From: Oopsacas minuta
Lineage: Eukaryota > Animalia > Porifera
Assembly: GCA_024704765.1 (NCBI GenBank)
Contig: JAKMXF010000110.1
Coordinates: 248,001-312,000, forward strand
Direction of reading: 5' to 3'
DNA: 64,000 bases
Below, in pieces: positions 33,801-46,619 of this stretch. Each line of letters opens with the position of its first letter. Position 1 is the first letter of the stretch. The translations under genes and the position numbers were made by a program. The notes beneath the pieces are model-generated. The model was not told the origin of the DNA and ran no database searches. It worked only from the letters and a program-made list of their open reading frames with translations.

Positions 33801-36800
33801 CTGTATTATCTTTATGATGAACAAAAGAGAAATCAATCTCTGCTCTGGTAGCAGCAAGTTTTGGAGGTAACATAAAATGGCCTCTGTGTACACATGATAC
33901 ACTCAATGCCTTACAACTCTATCTACATTTGTAATAGGAGTATAGCCAAATTATACGACCCCTACATGTTACCGACCTCTCTTGCTATAAAATATTGGGG
34001 TTTCCCTCTACAAATGAAATGATAATTCTAATCATACAGTACAATATTTAATATGTCTAGTAAAATAGAAACAAAGATAACGCTAATTACATAACATAAC
34101 TTGCTACCCCATCCATCTACAGCGGAGTTTGAAATTAGCAAGTAGCATTTTGCACGGATTTCCCTTGGAAATACGCGAACTGCAATTAGAGGAATTATTC
34201 CCAATACAAAATGGACTAGAAATCCCGGCCCCTGAAAGAACTTGCTATCAGGAGAACATAGCGGTATTTAAGATTGACATCATAAGACATTAGTCTGTCA
34301 AGTTAGTAATCAATAATAGATGACAAAGAAATTAATTAAACGTTATATCAAAATAATGTATAACGAAAATGCAGTAATTACTGATTAGTGAATTGTATTG
34401 TTCAATCTGTCCAGCAAGTAATTTCTGGTATGAAATATAAGAGCATTGTGATATTATTACGATATTCATTAAAATACTAATCGTACTAAGAATCAAATGC
34501 AAACATGAAAGAGGAACGTATCATTACATTTTATGTTGATTAAGAGATTAATGGGATGAATTGTAAAATATTGTGTAATTTTCTATATAAATCAGTTATC
34601 AACTTAACATTTCAGGTAAGAAAGTAACTTAATTATTCCTTAAATCATGGCACTTTTCAGAAATTATTAATTTTGTATATTAACGTGTGCTTAAGTTTAC
34701 TGTAATGGAGCACTCACGTATTGTAAAATCTAAGAATATCGATGAGGCAATTAACCTTGTGTAATTTAGATTTTAAATTTCTTAGGAATTATTCAAACCT
34801 TTTATCAAACTGGCGGTGTTTTCTTGACATACTCTACTGTCTTTATCTTCTGCATACGTTATGTTAGAAATAATCAACTCTGTTATTAGTCCTTGTAGCA
34901 TACAAACTGTTACAAGTTGAATCAACGAAGCTTTATCTGAAAACTAAGAGAAAGAGAAATCACTTTTTCTATAGGTTATATTCTTTCAGATGCCTCGTTT
35001 ATACATGCTTAATTACCTATGGTACCAATACCCTGCTTACATACACCCCAAGTGACAAGCAAAATGCCGGTTTGATTGGTATTTGCAGTCATAATAAAAT
35101 TTTGGGATAGTTTAATATCCCAGTTCAAATTCTTAATTTAGAATAACCCAATTGGAATTGAATGTAACTAAATTTAGAAAATTTGTATAAATGAAAGCAT
35201 ATCCCTATAAGGGGAGATATGAAATTAAAACGCAGGTAATAGAAAGCTATTCGTAAGTAGATCTGAAACATAAACATGATAAATCTAGATATAGTGTGTC
35301 TAACCTTATTAGCACTAGTATTTAATTTGAGGAGAGAGGAATTGTTGAGTAGAGATAGTGTTAATCTTGATATAGCGTGGGAAGAGAGTTCACAAGCCTT
35401 TATGTTGAGATATTCTAGTTGTACTTTCTAATACAAAATGAAATAGTAATTATTAGAGAACTAATTAGAAGCAGAAATGAGAAGTAATAACTAATCAAAG
35501 ACAAATTAGAAGTAATTCTGTAATATTATTCTTCTTACACATACTATAGCGGTTCTGTATACTTCATGATTTTTTGGGAATCGGATTGAGTTTGGACAAG
35601 TAAATTCTAAACTCTCATTCACGGGCGTAGCGGAAAACGATTATTTTAGGCTAATATATAATTTTGAATACTTTTGAATTTTCACATAAAAATATAATTC
35701 TACTCACCGAAATAAACCCCTCAATTGTGTCAGAGAATAGTCGTGAATTGATAGGATTGTGGCTAAGATCTAAACGTCTCACAGTTTTAATAAAATCACA
35801 ATGAGACTCAATCTGAAAAAGAGGCTCTATAAAAAGATAAAAGTTCATAAAAGCCAGGAATTTGGCGAAATATTCTTCAATAATACTCATAATTGTGAAA
35901 GAATGCATAATTAACATTCCATTGCAGCTAAATTGTATCTAAGCTGTATTTACATAATGCAATTATCTTTGAGCAGCAAAAATGTCGAATTGTCTTTCAT
36001 AGAGGAATATAACAAGAGACGTGGGTTAAGTATTTGTTACTCAGTAGAATTGATAATAAATGAATATACGCAAAGTTAAAGTTCCATTTAGAAAATAGTT
36101 GATAGATCAAAAACGTTGGGAAATGATTAATATTATGATTGTTGAAATAACTGGTTTCTACAGCACGTATTATTTAGCATCACCAAAATGTGGAACAGTT
36201 ATCAGGTAAAATTATCTCAGAAATTTGGTCATGGGTTATCCAATATATTTACCGAGAGAGTTTAACAGACGTATTAGCATTGTGTAATACAATTATTAAT
36301 ACAAATATTATAGCTATTCAGTGGTGAATAATGTCTTATTTGAATCGTGAATAAAATTTACTCATTGCATTGTATAAGTATATGTTAAAGGATAAAGTTT
36401 TGAATTATGCAACAGATAAATAGATAAGGACGAAAGTTCTAGTAAGCATTTTAGTGCTTCAAACTAATCAATAGCGACACGTAACAAGAAAACATGTTTA
36501 CATATTTTGTTGTTATTTGTTGCATTAGTACTGTCTTTAGAAAGTATCAAAACAGGTGAGATCATCAGTTGATTTATCATAAAAATATGGAGATATAACA
36601 ATTTTTATCTATTCAAGTAAGATATGTAATTGCATTAGTACTATTGATTTGAAGAGAAATTCAGGAGAATCATTATTGAGAGATTACTATCATATCAACA
36701 AAACGGAATTGTCAAAATATAACCCTATGTCCAGGATGAGCCAGGATCTGGCATACCAGGTGCTATGATTCATAAAATATCTTGCCTCACAATTTGTCTC

Positions 36801-39140
36801 CTTTGTTTAACGGCCACATCTATTCTATGTTACACACACCAGAAAAGTAATCAACATTCCATAATCGGGATATCATGTATACCAGTAATGCAATAGGATC
36901 TAAACAAATGATTACCTAACTCACCTATATCACTTAATCCACATCCAGATATGTTAAGATGGACAATATTACCGGCTATCTGTAAACCACTAGCAAGATC
37001 TCTGCCAATTGAACAACCAGACAACTCATTACAAGAGATATCTAACTCTTCAAGTAAATTAGATTTGGCAAGAAAAGCCTGGATTGATGCCTACAATTAG
37101 AGATATCGGTATTACATAGAACATATGTATATTATGCAATTTACTGATGTTTAACCACCAAGAACGGATTAATGAATGTTCTAATTACGCACTAATTTAA
37201 GATTCATCATTGCAAAACTCATGCGTGTTTAAAGCTAGAAATTAACAGGAATTTGAATTTAAACATCTGATCGGAAAAGAAATATTAGGCAAATTGTGTG
37301 TAAACTTCCTTTGGGATACACATTGTCGAGATTAGTTATAGCATTATATCTGGTTAGAGGTTAACAAGGTAACTATATAGACAGACCATCAGCTATTTAC
37401 TTAAGTAGACATTTGTATCAATACGTATTTACATTTCTTATAGAATAGCTTCAAGGTGATGATTTTCGAAAAATCAAAAGTAGCATTACTTTGGTTGAAA
37501 GTTGTAGAGATTTTTGTATCAGTTTATGAGTATGGATAGAGACAATATTCGAAGTGCAATGTAGCCAAATATTTCTAATTATATTCTATTATTTTCTTGA
37601 AATTACTTATTAACCGTGTTTATAATCATTATATTAACCAGTGTTCTTAAATTCAATGACTCTAATTGGAAGATTGCGAATCTCTGGAATTATCAAACAG
37701 TAATTATAGGTTAATTGTGAAAAAATAAATTAATGATGGAAATTGCCTTATAACAAAGTATGTAAGGGCACTGGTCAATGTGTCGCTAGTTTGTTGCAAA
37801 CCATATCCTGTTTAACATACTTTTGACATAATATTGTTCTGTAATGTTTGAAATTAACGTCATTAAAATAATGATCTCAAAGTGCATCGTACATTTCTTA
37901 ACAGTAGAAATTGGTTAGTATATACCTTCTTGGCTTAACACTACTTTTCTCTATAACGGATTACCAATTCTTGTACTATTTGTATAAGAATTATATTCAG
38001 ATAAGACGTACGTCGGTAAATAAGGACTAATTTTGTTTCCCCAGGGAGTAAATTGAGTTATACTATAATTATCATAGCAAATTTGAATGAGACTTACAGA
38101 ACAAGTACTATCTGCATTGTTCGAAGAGATGTTAACTGATTTTAAGTTTGGTAGACATCCCAATGCAAGTAGAACTGCACGGAATCCTTCTGGTCCTAGA
38201 TGGTTATCTGATAGGTCTATTGCTTCCAGTTTACCTAGAAAGACAGTCTATTAAACCACAATTTAATGAATAGATATTCTTCACAAATGAGGGTGCATTT
38301 TGTCTAGATATATACTAATAGTACAAAACCTGAACAAATTATAATATTTGCACTAATTAGTCTGTAAAATTACCACAAAAACAACTTCTAGTTATATCGG
38401 TCTATTATAATATATTAAATACATCAATAATTGCATACAAACGCGTGTATATACTGCCAGACTAGTATATTAATTACTCACTAGCGTTATTGACCCAAAA
38501 TGGTATCAGTTCGCAATCATTATGAACTATATGGCACCATTTAAGGGTAAATGGTTCTTCTGAATCAAACACAGTCAAAACATTTGCCTTATCTGAAATA
38601 GCTGCACAATTATAACTCCATAGACTATTGAAGTCTAAGCAATCCTTAGGGATAAATTCAGTTACATTAATAGTCTCTATTATGCTGGGTAGTAGCTCTT
38701 CTATTGTTGGTTCATCGCTAGTATTATTTGTGACGTCATTGGGAGGTTCTATAAGATTGTGTACACCTAAACGGATATAATACATTGAGTATTCCATAAT
38801 AGTAATTAGCTTATAAAACATACGGGGAATTCTGGAATAAATCCCGCCCCTAGGTCAAATTGAATATTTAAGGTACTTCCTAGTTCCTACGCTCACCACT
38901 ATGAATCTGTGTATCTACTGGAGTTGTATGTGTATTTTCTTGCGAAACAGTCTCGTTTACAACCTGTGGGCTACTAACTTGTATTGTCTCAGGTATTTCT
39001 TGTGGAGTACGTACTTCTGGAGAAGTTACATGGATCAGGTCTTTATTATCAATTGCAATTGTATCTTCCTTCACTTCACTGGAATTTGAGTTAATTGGGT
39101 GGGCGATCAGCTGGGTGGATTTAGAAGAACCGCATCCCAT
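30843..39140 (-). CDS. Multi-exon RNI-like leucine-rich-repeat protein with N-terminal myristoylation motif (MGCGSSK) and non-LRR C-terminal domain; internal exon connectivity only partly resolved (may be two genes or partly decayed)
   Basis: Exons 39140-38897, 38766-38482, 38234-38098, 37090-36925, ~35815-35710, ~35427-35300, ~34950-34798, ~33447-33256, 33179-32980, ~32823-32690, ~32568-32400, ~32120-31895, and terminal exons to TGA 30843. LRR text such as LEELDISCNELSG, LEYLSLAYNRLGDNAV and VAGNLIGPDG. Confidence 0.55.
32875..32954. mobile_element. MITE-A copy (LRR gene intron)
   Basis: TA-CAGTCA..GAAGCTCAAGG ... AACGGGAGTTGACAG-TA. Confidence 0.7.
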
Positions 39141-40400
39141 TGTATAGATTAATATTTCTAAATTGAAATATGATAACTTTTTCACTTTTCCCAAAAGCGA
39201 TTCAAACAATGCCCCCAATTAGTTATAATCGGTCCTCCATTGACAGGATACAAATTCTACCATTATACAATGCAATTATAATATTTAATGCAATCCAATC
39301 AATTGATTAGTATGGCTAAATATTCAAGCCAGTTGAGCTAATTGAGTTAGTCAAACTTTAATGACATTCATTGTATAATTCATCATCATATTTAGATTCT
39401 GACCTAGGTCTATTCAGCTGGTGGAATTAATGTTACCTTATCTACCAACAACCTACGTGATGTTTCAATAAGTTCAATAATCGATTAGTGATTAGTTACT
39501 TAATTAGGACTGTATTTTATAACCGGAAATATTTGATATTCGTAGAAGGAACGATTAGATTATTTTTGGAAACCTCTTGGCTAGATACAGATTCGCAGTC
39601 GTCTCAAAACAAACAAAACAAATGCAAACAAATAAATGGAAAAATAAACACATCTATATAACATGTCATCTCTCATAATTCGCAAATAAAAGTGATTTCA
39701 AATATAAATACAATTTTAATACACAAAATATTGGCATCAATGTATAACTAATTAACAAGTAAATAGGTGGAATATTCGCGTGATTTGTTAAATAGGTTAG
39801 TGAATGAATTAAGAATCCTTTCTGAGTAGATACCATAATTTGGTGGATAATTTCGGTTTTCTATCAACCCTATCTCGGTAATAGAATGTTTATGTAATCA
39901 TTAGTGAATATTGACGCTAAAGAACTTAAGAATACTGTAATTACATTTTAAAATAATTATCTTTTTGTATTAACAAACACCATATATACATGCTTTATTA
40001 ATGAGAATGATTAGTAGGAATATCTCGAGAATAAGAGCATAGATTGCTGAAAATAAACATATACAAAAAAGAATACAATAAGATTCCGTCTACTGAGCAT
40101 TTCTAAATTAATCCAATTGCAAACCAGAAGTTAATTAGCCCAGATGTGCTTAGAGTTGATTACTATTGCTATGTGATTGTAATTAGTTGTATGTCTTGTG
40201 GAAGTAAACACCATTGGATTAAAAACATTACGCTAGGATATACACCTGTATTTTATCTGAGTTTTGGGTTGTAAATAAATCTCAAGGTTACATAACTCCG
40301 CCTAGTAAATTTGATATATCATGTGTCAAAGTTGATGGAAATAATACCTGTATCGATAGAATGTCTAAGGTTTTACTCAGGATATATTTATAATTAATTA

Positions 40401-40568
40401 CAGCCAACTTCCGGTTATAATGAAGCTCAAGGGACCGCGATAATTCCTTCGATATAACTGATGAATATATGTTACTTTGACGGTTTGGGACCATATTTGT
40501 ACAATTTCAGAATTCTATATAAGCGGGTATCTCTATATATCCGTGTTTGTTATAACGAGGGTTGACTG
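40401..40568. mobile_element. MITE-A copy
   Basis: TA-CAGCCAACTTCCGGTTATA..AGCTCAAGGGACCGC ... TATAACGAGGGTTGACTG-TA. Confidence 0.8.
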
Positions 40569-42322
40569 TAGTAATGAATAGAGAAACGTTCAATTAATGA
40601 TCAGGCTAGCCAAAGTAAGACTGCTCTATCGAATTAGATCAGAGAGTAGGAGAGCAGTAGAAGAGATGCTAGAATTATCAACCAATCGCGAAAATACTGA
40701 TGGTCAAATGAGAAGTATTTTGAACATATGAATAGATATTAGTTGAGCGAATCTATATTTTTCGAAGAATTGGCAAATGATCATTTAAATCATTTGGAAA
40801 GTATTTTTGATCATCCGCATGGAAATTGATAAAACATTAACCTTTCCTTATGGTTATATTATCTACATGAAACCAAATTCTAAAATAGAATTGTGGTCCA
40901 GGTTCATATTAACAAGCCTTTGACATGGAAATTACACATACATTGTCATACAATAGATTATACAATAATATTTCATACACAAATATCGTTAGCATTGATT
41001 ATATGTTTTAATGGTAAAGTAAGCAGAGTCGATCGATACATCAAAGGAATCATTCAAAACGCAATTATACTAATAAAGTGAGCTTTCTAGTTATCATACT
41101 GCCCGAAATTGAAATAATAAAATTTCTCAGGTATAAGAATTTATTAAATATTAAATAATTAATGTACAGTGGCATTTCAGCTGGTGAGAGGACAAATGTT
41201 TTCATATAGTAGGAGATTTCGCAGAAAACAACAAAGCGTTGATGATATTTCTGTGAAGTAGGCCACTCAGTGAAGTTCCTCACCATAGCATTTGACAATA
41301 TCAACCTCAGAAGTAATTAATATTCAATCCAAATTAGATACCATTCATGCCCATATAAGAGGAAACTATGCATAGTTCAAATATTGAACTGATATTTCTG
41401 CATACTATAAGCCAGTCCTGTGATACAAAAAATAATAACAACTCGACAAAATAATAAACTTAAGAATGAGATGAATAGTCAAATATTCATTCCAATTCAA
41501 TCAATTCAAGGAATTGCTATATCATATATCCTACATCAGACTGTTATTGACATGTGATAAATCTACGAACAGTTTCTATCGATTCCGTATAACCGGTAAT
41601 GACCCTTGGGAAGCCGAAATGTTGACTATATTACGCAAGAAAAGCTGAAATTCACTGAGACGCTTAGCTCACAAACAAAGCGAGAATATTTAATCTTTTT
41701 GAACCGATTTAGCATGTAAACAATAACTCAATCAGCTAATCTAACTTCATTCAGGTAAAGAAACCCATTGAAATAATTACAAGAAGTTAACTAAATAACT
41801 CAAGTATTAACAAGCAGTTTAATGTCCCCAGTTACAAACATCTGTATTGATATCTTAAAATAATATGTCACAAATTTATAAGACTTTAATGAATTGTCTC
41901 AAATTTTAAGTTACATAATTCTACAAAAACAAAACGTTGATGGAAGACGGAAGGCAGTCAATTAATTAACGAGGATTGACTGAATTAAATGACTAGGTTA
42001 TGATATCATAATCTATTACGTAATGATTGTAGCAAACCATATACGAGTCATTTAATATTCATTTTAGCGTATAGTGGGATAAAGTTACAAAAGACTTTAG
42101 TCACTATTATGTCTGTGTATCATGCTTGTATCAAATTAACAGTTTACCACCAAATTAGTGTTGTAGACTAATATGTAATTATTTAAAATAAGATCTTATA
42201 GTCTAGAATAATTTTATTTAAAATATCAAAATATACACACATAAGTAATTCAAATTTGAAACAGAAATGTGTATCAACAACTGAGGACATCTTAATTTGA
42301 TAAAAAACGAATCGCTCGAGCT

Positions 42323-43264
42323 TTATAAATTCCCCGAAATTGACTTTCTTTCAACGTTAATTCTTTGTGATTTTATAGTTTGTTCAAGTGCGATTGTTCG
42401 CTTCACATCTATTTTAGTATAAGGTGTAATATGTAGAGGTCCCTTTGGCTCTTTCGGATGTACGATTTCTTTATTCATTTGGTCCATATCTAATCGGACG
42501 TATGTTATCATATTAGGCTGACGGCTGTTCACGTAAGTGCTGAATTCGTCTGCTTGGAATCCTTTTGGAATTTGCTAAAGAAAAAAAATATAAATTGTTG
42601 CTATTTTAAAATAGGAATTTTTGTAAAAATATGAGATTCTTACCTGATTATTTATAGCGTTGAAATCAATTTTATTGTATTCTGTTTTCTTAATTGTTCT
42701 TAGAGGTAGTTGAGGGATACTGTGACTTTCCTCTTCAAATTGCATCTCTATATATTTCGGGAGAACAGGTCGAGGAGGAGGTCCTTGCTTTACTTCAACA
42801 TTTATGTATTTTGGCTGTTCGGGAGAACCGCGGTTTCTGTTGTGCATATTTGGGCTTGTAGGTGTGCCCTGTGGGGTCACAGACTCCTGACAAGTTGTTG
42901 TTGCAATCGAACTAGCCGGACTAACGCTACCCTGTCCATTATTAGCTTTATTATTCAGTTTTAGATTGAATTCAATAAGTTTGAATATCTCTTCAGCTCT
43001 GTTAGTAAGGAATGTGAAGTTACCTTCACCGCGTGGACATCTTCTGCCAGCTTCAAAGGAAAATAATTTCCTGTCACGACCGTATCGACGGACGTATTTC
43101 AAAGGCCAGATATATTCCGCTTCTACTTTCCCGGATGGGAAGTATGAGATTTCTGCGACGTTTATGTAGAGTGTTCCAGAACTGATGTGTTTGTCTGTTA
43201 TGTCATTTATTAGCGTGACAGGGAAATTACTCTGCACTGTCTTTGCTGAGACGCAACCTCCCAT
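42323..43264 (-). CDS. FRS2: FRS2/FRS3-like docking protein (myristoylation signal + IRS-type PTB + Tyr motifs), 2 exons
   Basis: MGGCVS start; WPLKYVRRYGRDRKLFSFEAGRRCPRGEG.F.F matches the FRS2 PTB. Exons 43264-42644 and 42574-42323 are in phase. Confidence 0.85.
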
Positions 43265-46200
43265 AACTCTAAAGAAATGAATATACTTAAATTAAGTGAC
43301 TATAAAATTTCAAATAACAATTGCAAACTTGTATTTCTTGTATAAATTTCAAAGTGATGAAAAAATTCAACTTACTTTTTCATTAGTTTCATCATTATCC
43401 TGTAGAATATTTCTGTGTTGTTGGTAAGGATCAGAAAAGTAATTGAGAAGTGTGTGTAGTATTGGAAGGAATCTGATTCCACTGATAATTGTATCTCACT
43501 ATATTCATGCTGTTATTTATATATAATCTAATATGAAAGTCTTGTAGCCTCGGATGATTGCTGTAGTGGTGCATTAAGTTACTGGATAAGGACCAGTAAA
43601 TACAAGTATTGTGTAATTGAAACTGAAATGCTGAGCAATTCCATAATCGGTAAACTGAAACATGCGTAAAGTTTCGTCTGTTACATCACGTGCAGATGAG
43701 CTCAATGGAATTATAATACTATTTATCTTGAACTAAAATTGCTACAAATACCAGGCTGCAACTAAACCACATTGGAATGCAAAATATATTTTCATTTTGA
43801 ATCGGAACAGAAACATACAGTATGGTATCTTTAGAACAGAAAGTATAGTGCTTCAGTGAAGAAGAAAAGGTACTAGTTCACTTTAGAATCGCGCTTGGGA
43901 AATTGCGGTTTTTTGTTCCAGATTTCTTAGATAAACTGGAAAACGTAATCAGTACTTGAATAGGATAATTAGGAATTAGTTGCTGCTAAATCTTTTCGAA
44001 ATGCGTCGAGCATGATAATTATTTCGACAGCTAGATAGCACGATTACAGAAATTACTGAAGCTAAAGCTGTTGATGAAATAACATAATCAATAATGTGTA
44101 GGTAAAACATTACTTAACGTTACTTAATCATATGGGACGAGAATTTATCAAAAATATCCCTCTTACCATTAATGTGATTTATATTGGCCGACTTGTGGCA
44201 AATCGTTCCAAAATGTTACAGTTACAGTTCACAAATGTTGTGGTAGGAAAGGATATCAAAATACATCCTAATTACTTGACAATTTCCGTGTGTCAATAAA
44301 CAAATCGAATCAAGAATATGTGTTACTCATAAACAAACTATTCTAACAAAAGATAATTCCTTATTTAACTATATCCTCAATGGGAAATCAGGTGATAAAG
44401 ATAAACTATATAGCAAGTATTCCATGTATGAAATATTTCCTCTTTATTAACGAAATTCGTGCGAAACACGACTTGCTAATAGGAAAACTCCACTGTATAT
44501 GGTTGGTTGACTGTGTCTAGCTTAGTGTGTTCTCCAACTTAGGGGCCATTCAAACGATAGAAACGCGCAAATTCTGAAAATTTCACCCCCTACCTGTGTC
44601 ACGCTTTTGGCAATACAAAAAGAATAGGGACTGTGCACTTCACACACCACCTCCTAGGTAACGTTACGTAACATTTGAACGGCTCCTTGGGGTTCATTGG
44701 GAGTATTATGTAGTGGGTCATATAAATCAAATAAGGGGCCATAACCCAAAAGGTTGTATAACACTGATACTTATTTTGAGTGATATCTATGAAATGAAAA
44801 TATGGCATAATTTTTGCATAAACAGGAAGAGGTTAAAATATAAATAGAATATTTAGAATAGCGCGGCAGTAATTGAAATATAAATCAGATTTACCATTAA
44901 AATGCTTTATGTAAATCAAATCATTGAATTTCACTGATTATTAAACTCCAATCAAATTGCTTTGCATAAACTCGAAGAAAAAGTAAAAAGTCAGACAAAA
45001 TAATCAAAACATTAGGATATTGTATAATGCACTTGTTAATAAGAAAATATTAGTAATCAGTGTTTTGTAATAACGTTTACTCTGGCAGACGCACACTTGT
45101 TCAATAGGCAAATCCCTATTTGTGGGATAAATTATTCAAATTTGATCGGAGAAGTTCCAAACAGATTTGTGATGAATATTAGTTACAGAATATGTTTGTT
45201 ATTATAGAAAAACTCTCCTTATATTGAAGCTCAAGGGACAGGGATGATTACTTCGATATGAGCGGATTATTTGCTATAGCCACGTACGCCCGGAGTATTC
45301 CAAATGTAAACCCCATTGCTCTAAATGATAGGGTTGCTTTTAATAAATTAAGTTAAGAAGAATGGCCACCACTAATGAATTATTCAAAAAATGATTCGTC
45401 ACAATTTATCAAATATTAATTAAATCGATGACTAGCTTTGCTTTTTGATGTGTTCTCGGTAAAACTTAATTAATATAGAACATATTCCAGAAAAAGGTAG
45501 CGGGTTCATATTTCCAATAATTGCCAAAGATACACAAATGCAAATTAGTGGAAGATAACTATATTATAGATCTTAATAATACAAGTGGATACAAACATTA
45601 TCAGTATCAGGGAAATGCGTCAAGACATACGCTGAATGCTAATTATTGGGGAGTTATGTGGTCTTATGTCAGCCTCATAACACAATACGTATTATAATTT
45701 ACATAAATTATACTTGAGTATGTGAATAACCTAAATACACCCATTGGGAAGGAATAATGGTATCTACGTACACTGTAGCTGAGCAGTCGAAACTGGAAGT
45801 AATTCCTGACCTATTGAAAAATACGTACACAAGATAGGAAGAAAATGAAACTTTGTACTGTGGTAATATATGAGTATAATAATCATATCTAGAAACCAAA
45901 TGCAAGCAGAAATAGCAGATGCAAATAACACAGGTGCATTGTGATACATCATGTACAGATAACCTTGTATGTGCCTTATAACGTTAGCAAAATATGGTGA
46001 ATTATCATAGGGAAATACACGATGATATATTACATACAAATAGCAGTCATGCTATATTAAATTCATATGTGTGATTAAGGAAGTCTACTGTAGTCAATTT
46101 CAAAATAACTCTATCGATAAATTGATTAATGGCGAAAAAAGTGATACTTTTTCTAAAGAAATATGTACTATAAATATATGAAATATCTTTTATGATATCA

Positions 46201-46619
46201 CCTTATTAACAGTTAGTAGAACAAATACTGATGCAATTTATATATCGGAAATAATACACATACGAGTAGTGTAAATAGACTTCCTCAGATAACAATATTT
46301 CCTCTTATAGAGGCAGCTGAATTTAATATAATGATATGCCTTGGTTAATTAAAAACGCCTTCGAAATCAAATCATTCAACTCAATACATTTTGTACCATG
46401 GCTGAATGGGTAAAGTAATTATTATGTTTTCCACTGCTCGAAATACTCCATATCAGTATTCTGGACAAACAGGTAGCAAATATACGTAAATAGTAATTGA
46501 AAAATAAATAATACACAATAAATATTCACTTAGAAAACAAGATAAAACCGTAGCATTCCAAAGAACCAAATATACAAAACTTGTAGTAAATTACGAAATC
46601 AGAAATCCAATAATATTAC

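Noticed and set aside
45708-46039. Cytochrome b561/desaturase-like membrane gene
   Set aside because: Hydrophobic His-containing text, but no consistent exon chain or conserved motif spacing could be built.
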